Notes under the pieces: model-generated
What the model was told of the DNA's origin: nothing
What the model saw: the letters and a program-made list of their open reading frames with translations, nothing else
Database searches by the model: none
Made by a program: the position numbers and the translations under genes
Shown here: positions 12,493 through 25,810 of the stretch, one piece after another
How the letters are laid out: each line of letters starts with the position of its first letter
How positions within the stretch are numbered: position 1 is the stretch's first letter
Source: Callorhinchus milii
Lineage: Eukaryota
Assembly (NCBI RefSeq): GCF_018977255.1
Contig: NW_024704771.1
Location: 3,596,001 to 3,660,000, forward strand
Direction: 5' to 3'
Length of the DNA: 64,000 bases

Positions 12493-13346
12493 TTTAAGAC
12501 TGAATTGAAAAATCTCTCACATTTTTGTCGTGATTTAAATTCTAAGTGAAATCAATCTTACAGGCTAAGATCAGGTGGAATTTCAGGGCGTGTGTCCTTA
12601 CCGAATCCAGCACTGATCTTCCTTCTCCAAAGCCAGTGAATAAGAATTTTTAATCTTTAACCTTGCAAGTCAAAGCCCTAATGGTTTGGGTGGTCCTGGC
12701 TGGACAAGCAGCGGGAAATCTTGCCAGACAGTGATATCAATGGCAAGTTATAGCTGGTTAGACTCCAGCAGTTACCCCAACACACTCTAGGCTCCCCAAG
12801 CCTTGACTCTTGCCAACCTGCGCCTAATACTCTCCGGAATTAGGGCAGCAGGAGGGAGAGAGAGCGCATTCCGTTCCAACAATCTATCTCTGGGATATCC
12901 ATGCGTAGGTGGGATCCATGCAATTCTCAATCTGGTTTGGAAACACGTAAGCAAGGTTTGGGTTTAATAATGTGTCAGACCCAGCTGAACAAAATATAAC
13001 AGTCATAAGGGAAGTTTAGAAATTATGGAACAAAAACAGTTTCACTCTAACGTGTTCCTCTTAAAACAGAATAAGTTGAACTGTTTGGTCCACCACTGCC
13101 CATTCATTTATAGCCTGAGGAAATTTTCCTATGTATCTAGTTCCAGTTTTAGCTCCACTGGTTCCCTATCACCAAACGGATTAATTTTAAGGTCCTCTCA
13201 CTCATCCACAAATCCCCTGGCACCTCACTACCTCACCTACCTTCTTACTCCACACTGAATTACCTACTACCTCTGCTCAACTAGCCCCAACCTCCTGTTT
13301 ACCCCTCGTCCCCTCCGTTGCGCCATCAGTGGTTGCACTTTCAGCT

Positions 13347-13564
13347 GCTATGCCCCGAAACTCTGAAAACACTGGTCCTCTATTTTTCTGCCTTCCTCTC
13401 GCCTTCCCCTCTTGGAGGGGACCAAAGAGGAACTGCTGGTTAGACTCAAGCAGTTGCTACGCCCCGAAACTCTGAAAACACTGGTCCTCTATTTTTCTGC
13501 CTTCCTCTCGCCTTCCCCTCTTGGAGGGGACCAAAGAGGAACTGCTGGTTAGACTCAAGCAGTT
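13347..13564. repeat. Direct tandem duplication, 2 x 109 bp
   Basis: 13347-13455 and 13456-13564 are essentially identical. Confidence 0.9.
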
Positions 13565-16500
13565 GTACCAACGCACCACTCTGAGGTTCCCAAGCCTTGG
13601 CTCTTGCCAACCTGTGCCTAATACTTTCCAGAATTAGGTAAGCAAGATTTGTCCCTCCAGGGAGAGAGAGTGCATTCCATTCCAACAGTCTATCTCTGGG
13701 ATTTCCATGTTTGGTGGGATGCATGGAATTCTCCGCTTGGCTTGGATACTCTTAAACACGGTGATGGGTTCGTGCATGTGTCAGATACCCGGTTAACCCC
13801 CACCTCCCCCTCAAAAATAAGCTGGAATTTTTTTTTTGGTCAGCGGGATGTCTGACATTTGAAACAAAGTGAAGTCCTGTAGCTCAGTGGTTAGAGCGCT
13901 CGCTTTGCAAAGAGAGGACCCGGGTTCGATTCCCGACCAGGGTAAATCCTTAGGGAAGTTTCCTTACTCCGCACGTCTCTGGTTACCTAGGTTTCCAAAG
14001 CAAGTAATAATTCGGTCACTCAATCCACGACTGTTTGTGGGACAACGCTGTGTGCAAAGGCTGCCGCAAAAAATACAGCCAATTCACTTTCCGGTATATT
14101 CTGTGAAGCACTTTGAGATATCTTAATGATATAATAAGGCGCTATAACAAATGTCAGAATTATTATTATAATTTCCTCCTCCTGCTCATTCAACTGGAAG
14201 AATTTTGTTTGGGTTGTCTGACTCATGGGGAAACCAGACACACAGGCTGATCAAAAACGAAACAAAAAAACATTTGAAACAAATTTGATGCTTTTTTTAT
14301 AGCATCGAAACCTCGCTAAGAATTCTTTCCATATCACACATATGGAAATCCCAAAGATAATGATAATAATAAACATTGCACTTTGATATTGCCTTATCAC
14401 TCTCATAAAGCGCTTCACGGAATATATTGAATTGTGCATTGATTATATTTTCTGGGCAAAATGCAACAGACAATTGCGCACAGCAATGTCCCACACACAG
14501 TTGTGGATTCAGTGATCAATTTATTATGATGAGGGACTATTATCCCAGTAAGCGATCGACCAATCGATTAATAACCGGGTTCCTACTTACTGCTCGGTAA
14601 ACAGAGGCACGTGGAGAAGGGAAATTTGCCTAAAGTTTCACCCAGTCTGGGAATATCCAACAATACAACACATCCCAAAGCACTGCATTGGAGTGTCATC
14701 TTCGACCATGTGATTCCACTTCTCGACCTGGGGTCTTGAACCCACAACCTCCTGACTCAATAGACAAGAACACAAGCACTGAGCCAGGCCGACGGGTCGA
14801 CTCGTGTTAAGTCTCGAGCTCTGGAATCCCTGACCAGCATAAAGCAGTTATGACAAGCTCAGCACATGTTTGGTCTGTCAGCAAAAGGCAGACACTAACG
14901 GTGGCTCCTGGTGACCTTTATGACCAGTGAGACAATCTGAGTTGAGCACTGGGGAGATAGAAGGGCTCAATATTTGCGTGGAGCCCAGGTTAGGCACAGA
15001 GTAAAGCTCCCTCTGCATTGTCCGTACAGCATTCCGGGGTCACGTAGATTCACGTGGAATTTATAACATGGAAACAGCCACTGTGCGTGCGCGTGGGTGG
15101 GTGTGTGTGGGTGTGGTGAGGGCAGATTGCTTTGCATAGGTAAGAATCCCTTTAGAAAAATGTGGACACTCAACCTACGGCTATTTGTGGGGCACAGTAA
15201 TGCTCAATTGGCTGCCATGTTTAGCCACAAAATATACAGTCAGTTCACTTTACACTATTTGCTGTGAAGCGCTGTGAGATGTCTCGAAGATGTGATAAAG
15301 CGCTATATCAAATGCAAGGATTATTATTATTATTATTTTTCGGCTTGACTGGTCCGTGCTGGTGTTTATACTCCAAGTGCATCCCCACACATTCCTTATT
15401 AAGAGGGCCAAACCTTGGGCAAGTTTCCTTACTCCACACAGAGCCTAATAATAATCCCTCCAAAACCAAAAACAATAATAAATTGGTCATTTTCAATCCA
15501 CGACTGTTTGTGGGACATTGCTGTGCGCAATTGGCTGCCGCGTTCGCCCACAAATATACAGTCAATTCACTTTACAGTGTGTTCTGTGAAGCGCTTTGGG
15601 ACGTCCTCCTGACGTGAAAAGCGCTATATCAAATGCCAGGATTATTATTATTATTATTCTTCTCTCCCACCCTCTCTTCCAGTTGATAAGTTTGCCTACA
15701 AAATGCACACGAAAGGTACTTTACTAAATGTAAGTAGTGTGATTATAATCCAGATACAATTACTTGCATTCATTCCAAATTCGAACAACTCGCTGAGTGN
15801 AAAAAGAGGGAGATATTCAGTCATGGTCTAAAAGAGGGGAAGGCAGAAGAATAGAGGAACAGTTTTTTTAAGAGTTTTGGGGGGTAATGGCTGAAAGTGT
15901 GATTCAGTGCGGAGTAAGAAGGTAGGCAAGGCAGGGAGGTGCCAGGCTGTGAAGGGATTTGTAGAGAGTCAGTTGAAATTCATCCATTTGATGATAGGGA
16001 GCCAGTGGAGCTAAAACTGTAGAGGATAGTTTCCTCAGGCTATAAATTAATGGGCAGTGGTGGACCAATGGGCAGTGGTGGACAATTCTGTTTGAATAGA
16101 ATAAGCAGAACTAGTCAGTGGCAAACTATTTTGTTCCATAACTTCTAAACTTGCTTTATGCCTGTTTTTTTGGTCAGCCGGGTACCTGACACGTTATGAA
16201 ACCAATCACCGTGCTTAACAGTTTCCAAACCAAACTTTCCAAGCTCGTGTCCTCTCCCGCACCAGGCTCCGCAACCCTATCACCTCCATCCTCACCCGAC
16301 TCCACTGGCTTCCCATTAGACAGATCTCAGTTCAAGATCCTGGTCCTCGCCTTTAAAGGCCTCCATGGCCTCACTCCCCCCTACCTCTGCGACCTCCTAA
16401 CCCCCTATCATCCTGTCCGCTCCCTTCGTTCAGCGACCTGCTTCGTGTCTCCCGCCTCACCTGCCCCACCATTGGTGGGAGGGCCTTCTGCCACTCTGCC

Positions 16501-17394
16501 CCCACCCTCTGGAACTCCATCCCATAGTCCCTCCACCTCGCCTCCTCCCTTGTCTCCTTCAAGATCCATCTCAAGACCCTCCTCTGCTACCGTACTTTTG
16601 GTCACCCTCCTTTCCCCCCCCCCCCACCCGTGGCCTCCATCATCCCCGATCCCGACTCCAGCTCAGGTCCAAAACACAACACTGACTGACTTGAGTTGTC
16701 CTCCCAACGCGAAGGACACTAAACACATGTAATTTTATTGTTGTTGTTGGTAAAATTACATAGCTTGCCATTGACATCACTGTCTGGAAAGCCTTCCCGC
16801 TGCTCTTGCAGCTAGGACCACCCTCACCCTTAGGGCTTTAATAATAATAATAATCCTTGCATTTGATGTAGCGCTTTTCACGTCTTCTACAACAACAACA
16901 ACAACAACAACTCGGATTTATATAGCGCCCTCCACGCCGGACGGCGTCTCAGAGCGCTTTACAGTGACGGATCCCGGGGCCGAGCCGGGGGGAGGGGGGG
17001 GGGGGGGATAGGTGACCAAAGGCGCGGCCAAAAAGATAGGTCTTCAGCAGAGACCTGAAAACGAGGGTGCAGCGGAGGACTCGGGGGAACCAGGAGGTGA
17101 CAAAGGCATGGACCAGGGTTTCGGCGGCTTTTTGGGGAGAGGTATTCGAAACGTCTCAAAGCACTTCACAGAACAGACTGTAAAGTGAATTGACTGTATA
17201 TTTCTGGGCAAAGCACGGCAGCCAATTGTCGTGCATTTGCAGGGTGTGGAAGAGCTGAGGAGGAGAATTCCCTGCCCACAGTGACTTGTCAAGCAGGAAA
17301 TCAGAAGTGCAATAAGGAAACAGAACTGGAACTGAACTGCAGCGAACAACATCAGCACTCAGCGAGGGAGCTTGCTTGAGTTTTCCCAGCGAAA

Positions 17395-19875
17395 ATGAGC
17401 AGTCAACTCAAAATGCATTTCGATGGGAACTGGTAAGGGCAATAGCCTACAGATTCTCTTCTCCAAATTACCATTTTAACTGACATAACTCGCTGACGAG
17501 TGTCGCACTTTATCTGCTCTGCTGCAGGCTCATGGAGAAGGTGGGATACATCAGCGTCTCCAGGTTTCAGGATCGATATATTGCTGAAGTCATCAGGAAG
17601 GAAGGCAGAGCCAGTGACTGGTAAACTCAGACCTCAACCGGTTCCTATTGATCCTGGTCTGCGTTTGTTGCTCCCCGTGTCCACCCACCCCTCTCTCACT
17701 GTGTCTCTCACGGTCTCTCTCACCCCCTCTGTCACCGTGTCTCTCACGGTCTCTCTCACCCCCCCCACCCTCTGTCGCTGTGGCTCTCGCTGTGTCTCTC
17801 ACCTCCTCTCTCAATCCCACACAATCTCTCTCTCTGTCTCTCACCCCCCCCTCTTAGTGTCTCTCTCACCCCCTCTGTCACTGTGTCTCTCACTGACTCT
17901 CTCATCCTCTCTCTCACTGTGTGTCTCTCTCTCTGTCTCTCACCCCCCCCCCCTCTTAGTGCCTCTCTCACCCCCTCTGTCACTGTGTCTCACACTGACT
18001 CTCTCATCCTCACTCTCACTGTGTCTCGCTCTCTCTCTCACCCCCTCTTTTATTGTCTTTCGCACAATATTTCTCACTGTGTCTCTCACTTACCTCTCTC
18101 ACTCCCACACAATCTCTCTCTCTGTCTCTCTCATTCACACGCAATCTCTCATAGTGTCTCGGACCCCCTCTCTCACTACATCTCTCACTGTGTCTCTCAC
18201 TGTCTCTTTCACCCACTGTCTCGTTCCCACACAATCTCTCACTGTGTCTCTCACCCCCTCTCTCTCTGTCACTCCTACAGTCTCTCTCTGTGTCTCTCTC
18301 ACTACTCACACAGACTCCCTCACTGACTCTCTCACAATCTCTCCCACTGTCACTCATAGTCGCTCTCTTTTTTTACATTCTCGCACTCCCACACAACCTC
18401 TTCGCTGTATCTCTCACAGTCAGTCTGTCGGTCTCCCTCAGTCTGTCTGTCTGTCTGTCTCTCACACATTCTCTCTCTCCCTGTATCCCTCACTGTCTTC
18501 TATCTCTCTCGGTCTCTCACTCTCTTTCACTCACATCCACACTCCCCCTCTCTTTCTTCCATTTCCCTGGTCTGTCTCCCGCTGAGGTGTAAACGAGCTG
18601 CGGACAAGTTACCATGTAAACATTCCCCTGGAGTAGTTTGTTTCTGTCATTTCCTTGTGTTGTGAGTAACAACAACAACAACAAGATTCCATTTATAAAG
18701 CGCCTTTCACGTCAGGAGGACGTCCCAAGGCCGTGAATAGCATCAGAGTGAATAACCTGATAAATTGAGCCTCCGCCCCTCCCCTTAACGCAACCCTATA
18801 TTTAACACAGAAATTCAAGCTCAGCCATTGTTGGTGTAGGAATATTTCGAAGCCCTGATCACAGTTTCAGGAATTTGCATTATTTTGTTTTGTTCAGCCG
18901 GGCGTCTGACACATCCGAAAACCTGTCACCGTGCCTAACACCGCGTGCAAACCAAACAGAGAATTCCGTGCACCCCCCCCCCCCCACACACACACACACA
19001 CACACACGGAAATCCCAGAGGTAGATTGTTGGAGGAGAGAGGCACCCTGTTTACCTAATTCCGGGGAGTATTAGGCACAGGTTGGTAAGATTCAAGGCTT
19101 GGGGACCCCAGAGAGTGTGCTGATAGTGCAGTCTAACCAGCCAAGACGGCATCGATACCCACTGCCTCCCATCGCTCGGCTCTGGCTCCCTTTTCAGCCG
19201 CAATGCCCGGAAAGCTTTGGAAATCTCTCTCACTCAATCCCTCCACCTTTCCCCTTCCTTCCCCTCGGTTGTTTTTGTGTTCAAGCCCCACGTCGGGGAC
19301 TTTGAGCTCACAGGGCTAGGCATTGTCAGAGGTGCCGTCTTTCCGAATGAAATGCTAAGCCCCTTCCCACCGAAAATGGGGAACAATCCACAAAGTGTGT
19401 TGGCCAATTTTTGCCCACCAATTTTCTCGAGCAAAACCTTTTCTGTCACAGCAAAACGAAGAAGACGACGAAAACCGAAGTTAATGACTTGCGAGTGGAG
19501 AAAGAGGCAAAAGGTGTGCTGTGTGAGTCGTAATCAGCTGCTCATCGGCCTCACAATGGGAAGAAGAAATAAAGGATAAGAAAATTCAATTGGACACAAA
19601 CAGTCGTGGATTCAAGTGACCAATTTATTATTGTTTTTTTTGTTGAGGGATTGTAATTAGGGGTTTGGAGTCAATAATAATTTAGTCAATAATAACTCCA
19701 TACTTTTGGGTGATGGAACCGGGAACTGCACAACAATGTATAATCTTTTGATGCACATATATTTGGAGAAAATGGACATTAAATTGCATATTGCTCCTCT
19801 ATTGCTTCCGCAGCATTTGATCAGCTTAAATTAACTGTACATATCCAATACTGTGATTTTTTTACTTATTTGTAA
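17395..19875 (+). CDS. Putative 4-exon small protein (87 aa), family unrecognised; exons 17395-17432, 17528-17620, 19452-19522, 19814-19875
   Basis: Canonical GT-AG junctions join in frame (MSSQLKMHFDGNWLMEKVGYISVSRFQDRYIAEVIRKEGRASDCKTKKTTKTEVNDLRVEKEAKGVLSFDQLKLTVHIQYCDFFTYL*); upstream in-frame stop; AATAAA 19884-19889. Confidence 0.4.
17680..18565. repeat. CT-rich degenerate tandem/low-complexity repeat
   Basis: Recurrent ctctctcacccccctctgtcactgtgtctct units. Confidence 0.85.
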
Positions 19876-20329
19876 ATAGTCTGAATAAACCTTGATGTCT
19901 GTGTATGTACTGGGTCATGGATTTATTCAACCCTTACACTACTTACTGCTAGGTAAACAGAGGTGTGTGGAGTAAGGAACCTTGCATAAGATTTCACCCT
20001 GCCCGGGAATCGAACGCATATCCTCTCGCTTGCCAGGCGAGCGCGCTAATCACCATACTACTGGTCTCCCAAGTGGGCCAATAACTGGGAAATATTTTTT
20101 TTGAATACATATTTTTTTGAAGCGATTACTACCCACGGAAGGCAATCCGCCAATCGTCCAACAACCAACCGGGTTCCTACTTACTGCTGGGTAAACAGAG
20201 GTCTTTGTGTGAGCGCGGCGTAAGGAAAGTTGTCTAAGGTTTCGCCCTGACTGACCTGCCTGGGAATCGAACCCAGGTCTTGCAAGGCGTGTGCTCTAAC
20301 CACTGAGCTACAGGACTCCACTGGTGTTA

Positions 20330-20945
20330 CAAGGTGCTGCAGTTAGCTTGGGGGTGAATAGGAATCAGGGAGCCTGGTGCAGAGAGTGGGACAGGGGTGA
20401 CTATCCGCAGCATGTACGCAGTGAGCTGCACTGAAGAGACAGGTGCTGACACTCCGTGGACCCCCACTGCGGGCAGCAGCTCTCAGCAGAGGGTTGGCAG
20501 AGGTCTGGAGGAGAGCACTTTGCTGTCCAGGCCACTAACACGCGGTGCTGGGCTTAGGACAGCGGTTGCAAGAGGACTTTTGGCTTCTCATTCAATGATA
20601 TATTAATCATCTCTCAGGTAGACCACGATAAGCTATGTTATCTTGGACTGAACAGTTAGAACCAGATGACACGGCCTGCGATTGAAGAGGATAATCTGCG
20701 GAAATGCTATTTCAGTGTGTGAATAGTAACTTACGGATCAGGCTCCCTGGGGACATGGTGGAAGCAAAAAGTGTCGATTCTCTCAAAACCAAATGGGATG
20801 GATTTCTGTTAGGAAATAATATCTCGGGATACAGTATATAGTTTGACATACGACACGTCAAGCGACTGTGCCAGGATGGTGGAAGTCGAACTGGATGGAC
20901 CTTGGTCTTCTTTCATCCAGCAAATACTCTTATGTTCTTAAGAGG
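20330..20945 (+). mobile_element. Degenerate CR1 3' end
   Basis: CR1-like 3' region ending TCTTATGTTCTTA. Confidence 0.65.
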
Positions 20946-23006
20946 GTTTTGTAAGAATATATGCGCGTGTGTGTGTGTGTGTGTGTGGAAGGTCATTTAT
21001 ATTAAATTACAGTCATGAGGAAGTAGACGTTCCTTTTATTTAAAACAAAACATACCTTTATTCGTAGACAGGAAAGATCATTACACTCGTCTTGAACAAA
21101 CAAGTTCCCGGATAGAAAGCAAAAAGGGACTCAATACAGACCAAGTTTATGCAACCTTCCTGATAAATTAACCCTTTAAACCTACCCAACCTCTGGAGCT
21201 TTGTCTCGCGCCCCCCCCACCGCGCCACCTTCAAGATCAACCTCAAGACCCTCCTCTTCGACCCTGTTTTCGACCTCCCTGCTTCTCCCCCCACCCTCCA
21301 GTCTTCTCCACCCTGACCCCCAGCTCGGGTCCGTGACTCTGTCTTTCCAGCGCCTTGAGACGTCCTCCCGACTTGAAAGGCCCTTTATAATACATGTAAT
21401 TTTGTTGTTCTTGTTGTCCTTCTGGTGAATCTGCTATAGTAAATAGTGAATCCGTGCTATGACCTGCTCTGCCTTCCCCACTTCTGCAACATCCCCCGGC
21501 ACCGCCATGGCCTCTCCCCTAAGGCCACAGAGACCCTCATCCACACAGTCATTTATTAGATTTATTACATCCACATACGTCAACTCCCTGCTTGTCGTCC
21601 CTCCACACTCTGCAGCTCATATCCTCTCCTGCGTCAGGCTCTGTGACCCAATCACCCCCCACCCTCGTCTGACTCCAATAGTTTCCTTCCCCCCAAAGGA
21701 GAGAATTCAAAATCTTCGTCCTCACCTATAAAGCCCTCCACGGCCTTGTTCCTCTCTACCCTGTGACCTGCTAACTCCATACCAATCCCTCCACTCGGCG
21801 GGCTTCGGCCTGCTCTTCATCCCCCGCTGGCCTGCCCCATCATCGGCCGTCGGGCTTTCAGCCTCTCTGCCCCCAACCTTTGGAATCCCATCCCACAGTC
21901 CATTCACTCGCGCCCTCCTGTCCCCCCCTTCAAGCACATCTCGAGACCTGCCGCACCCTTCGACTGTCTGCAGTCACCCTCCTTCCACTACCCTCCCAAT
22001 GTGAAGGGCACTGTGCAAATGTAATTTGTTGTTGCTGTTGTGGAATACTCCCTGCTCAACCCTTCAATTCCCTTCTCCCTCGTGTTTACATCGAACACGT
22101 CTCCCTCTCCGTTGTGAATTACAGAATAATTTAGTCCACAAGAGTTGAAAGTCTTTCAGCTGAGATGTTAAACATCTGTGCCTGTTCAGGTGGACATTAA
22201 AAATCCCGTTGCACTGTTTGAAAAGAAAAGAAAAGAAAATGCAATTTCTCACAGCGAAGTATAATAATACTCTTTGCATTTGATATATCAGGTCTTCGAG
22301 ATGCCGGGTAAACAGAGGTGTGCGGAGTAAGGAAACTTGCCTAAGGTTTCTCCCCGTCCAGAAATCAAACCCAGGCCCCCCTCGCTTGCGAGGCGAGCAC
22401 TCCAACTACTACACTCCATGACTCCTCAAACATGATACTGAACAACTGGTCAACATTTACTTCATGATTTTACATTCACATTTATGCCATATTATTTTTA
22501 TATCTATATATAAGACTGTTTGTGGGACATTGCTGTGCGCAATTAGCTGCCGCGTTCGCCCACAAATATACAGTCAATTCACTTTACAGTGTGTTCTGTG
22601 AAGCGCTTTGGGACGTCCTCCCGACGTGAAAAGCGCTATATCAAATGCAAGGATTATTATTATTATTATTATTCAACCATTTGCATTACATGTAAATTCG
22701 GGGGATTTTGCTGTGCTGCCGTATTTGCCAACCAATGCATTCACTGCACTGTATCTTAATGGTTAGAGCATTTGGGGCAAAACAAACAGGAAATTTCTTT
22801 GCTCCGCATGCCTCTGTTTACCTAGCAGTAAGTAGGCAAGAGATTATTACCCTGGAAAGCGATCCATCAATCAAATTACAGCCAAGGTTCCTAACTACTG
22901 CGAGGTAAACAGAGGCGTCCGGAGTAAGCAAACTTCCCAAAGGTTTCTCCCCACCTTCTAAGCAAATAACATGACAAGGGTTATTACCTGTGACTCAATA
23001 GGATCT

Positions 23007-23080
23007 TTATGCTTGAAGACAAACCACTTCCTCTCCATTCTGGTCTTCAGCATCATTGTTTCTGTTTTGCCTTTTATTAT
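23007..23080 (-). CDS. Gene B exon 9: cytoplasmic tail YNKRQNRNNDAEDQNGEEVVCLQA*
   Basis: cattacag acceptor, phase 1, TAA at 23009-23007; further donor after 22988. Confidence 0.75.
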
Positions 23081-23779
23081 CTGTAATGACATTAACATGA
23101 GACCCATTAACAGATGGGCCAATTGATACAGGGAACTATTGACATAGGGAACTATTGATATGGCGATCCACTGACATGAGACACCATTGACCCAGTGTTC
23201 CACTGTCTGTCCACAATCCCAATTCAGGGATAGAGACAAAGCAAAGCTCCCTCTACACTGTCCGTCCACACTCCCAGGTCAGGGCTAGAGACAGAGTAAA
23301 GCTTCCTCTACGCTGTCCATCCACAATCCCAGATCAGCCACGAGTTTGAATCAAAAATAACAAATTACATTTACACAGTGCCTTTCATGTTGGGAGGATG
23401 TCCCAAAGTGCTGGACTTTCAAGCATTTGGACCCAAGCTGGGAGTTGGAATCAGGAGGGGATGGAGGGCAGGGAGGGTAGGGGAAGGAGGATGAATCAAG
23501 GCTGGGCCAAGATGAAGGTCTTGATATGAGCCTCGGAGGAAGCAAGGGAGGGAGCAAGGTGAAGGGGCTGTGAGACGGAGCTCCAAAGGGTGGGGACCGA
23601 GAGGCTGAAGACCTGACCACCGATGGTGTGGTGGGAGGTGGGGGATGTGGAGGAGTTCGGAACCTGCTGAGTGGAGGGAGTGGGCAGGTCAATATGGGGC
23701 GAGCAGATCACAGAGGTAGGGAGGGGGAAGTCCATGGAGGGCCTTCAGATTTTGAAATCTATCCTCTGGGGGATGGGGA

Positions 23780-24110
23780 GCCAATGGAGCCGGGCTCTTA
23801 CTCTCCGCGCCTCAAGCCAAGGATCCCATATGCTTTTTTAACTACTTTGTCAACCTGTCCTGCTACCTTCAAAGATTTATGTATATAAACCCCCAGATCT
23901 CCCTGTTCCTGCACCCCCTGTAAAACTGTACCTTTTATCTTACATTGCCTCTTCTCATTCTTCCTCCCAAAATACATCGTGTCACACTTCTCTGTATTAA
24001 ATTCCATCTGCCATGCGGCTGCCCATTTCACCAGCTTGTCTATGTCCTCCTGCAGTCTGCTACTATCCTCCTCACTGTATACTAAGTGTTGTGACATCTG
24101 CAAACTTTAT
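23780..24110 (-). mobile_element. CR1 LINE RT fragment
   Basis: LQEDIDKLVKWAAAWQMEFNTEKC...DLGVYIHKSLK. Confidence 0.9.
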
Positions 24111-24488
24111 TGACGAGTAACGCAGATAATAATCATAATCCTTGCATTTGATACAGCGACTTATCACATCGACACGTCTCAAAGCACTTCACAGAATATA
24201 TTATAAAGCGAATTGAATGTATATTTTATGGGCAAAATGCGGTGGCCAATTGCGCACAGCAGTGTTTCACAAACACTTGTAGATTCAGTGAAAAAATTAT
24301 TCAAAAAAAATAAGTTTGAAGGAATTATTTCCCCTGGAAAAGTGATCTGCCGATTGACTGATAACCGGGTTCCTACTTATTGCTCGGTAAACAGACTATG
24401 GAAACTTGCCCAATATTTTGCTCTGCCTGGGAATCGAACACATTACATTAAACACTACGCTGCAGGACTCCAGATATCTTGTACTTAC

Positions 24489-24590
24489 ACAAGCCAAAGA
24501 AAACTATCAACGTCAGGGCAATTAGGGAAAAGATAATAGCCACTGGGGCAACAATGTTTTGTATGTCTGCCTTCAGACTGCATCCTTTAT
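24489..24590 (-). CDS. Gene B exon 8: extracellular loop + TM5 (DKGCSLKADIQNIVAPVAIIFSLIALTLIVFFGL)
   Basis: ttgcttgcag acceptor, GTAAGT donor, 102 nt, phase 1-1. Confidence 0.88.
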
Positions 24591-25810
24591 CTGCAAGCAA
24601 AGACATTAATAAATAGTCAAAACATTGCAAATAATAATCCTTGCATTTGATATAGTGCCTTATCACAGCAACAATAAATTACAATTACACGGCGCCTTCC
24701 ATGTCAGCGAGGACGTCCCAAGGCTCTGGACAGTCAGGTATTTCAACCCAACCTGGGGTTTGGGACCAGGAGGGCAGGGAGATTGGTGACAGTAGGGTGA
24801 CCGACGGCACAATCAAAGAGGAGTGTCTTTAGACACACTTGAAGGAGGCGAGGGAAAGGGCGAGGCAAAGGGACTATGTGCTGGAGATACAAAGGGTGGG
24901 GGCGGAAAATCGAAAGGCCCGACCGTCAATGGTGGGGCTGGCCGGGCATGGGATGTGTGGAGCAGGCCAGAGCCCATTGAGCGGAGGGAGTGGACAGGTT
25001 GATAAGGAGTTAGCAGGTCACAGAGGTGAGATAGGAGCAAGACTGTGGAGGGCCTTGAAGGTGAGGATAAGGATTTTCAACTCTATCTTTTGGGGGAGCT
25101 GGGCTCTACTGTCCAGGGTCGGAGAACTGGGTAATATGATTCTGTTTTCTTTGACTCTGTGAGTATTGATTCAAATTGATCCTGTCCATAGCCAATAAAC
25201 CTGTTGCACCCATTTGGGATTGTCAGGGTATTAAAATTCTAACACCCGTGTTCTCCCCATAGCTCTGCAAACGTGTCCTCTCCAAATAGGGTGATAGGGT
25301 CACGGAGCCCGGTGTGGGAGAGGACACAACAGATCTGGATGTAGAGGGAAGAATTGGGAAGGCTGACAAGCAGGGAATTAGTGTAGTTGAGCCATATTCG
25401 TGATAAATGCCAATGAGAGTCTCGGCAGCCTGAGGGAAGAGGCAGTGGCAGAGCCGGGCGATGTTGCAGGGATGGGAGAAGGCAGAGGGGGTCATGACGT
25501 CTCAACAACAACAAAATTACATTTTTTTTACGGCGCCTTTCATGTTGGAAGGGCGTCCTCAGGCGCTGGACAATCAGTTTTTCGGACCTGAGCTGGGGGC
25601 TGGGATCAGGGAGGGTGGAGGGCAGAAAAGAAAGTCGGGTGATCAAAATCTCAGTCGAAGAGGAGGCTCTTGAGATGGGTCTTGAAGGAGTCAAAGCGCT
25701 TCACAGAATATACTGTAAAGTGGAATGACTGTGTATTCCACCTCTGCCTCATTACGCATTGGAATCCAGAAATGACACGTTGCAGTAGTGCCATTTTAGC
25801 TGTTACTTAC

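Noticed and set aside
13870-13945. tRNA-Ala-like sequences (also at the other SINE heads)
   Set aside because: They run into SINE bodies and lack a proper acceptor stem, so they are not tRNA genes
17395-17560. Resemblance of MHFDGNW..LMEKVG to FABP2 N-terminus
   Set aside because: Spacing and intron positions do not fit FABP genes, and the rest is dissimilar
17500-18585. 361-aa Ser/Leu-rich ORF
   Set aside because: CT-rich low-complexity DNA; only 17528-17620 looks exonic
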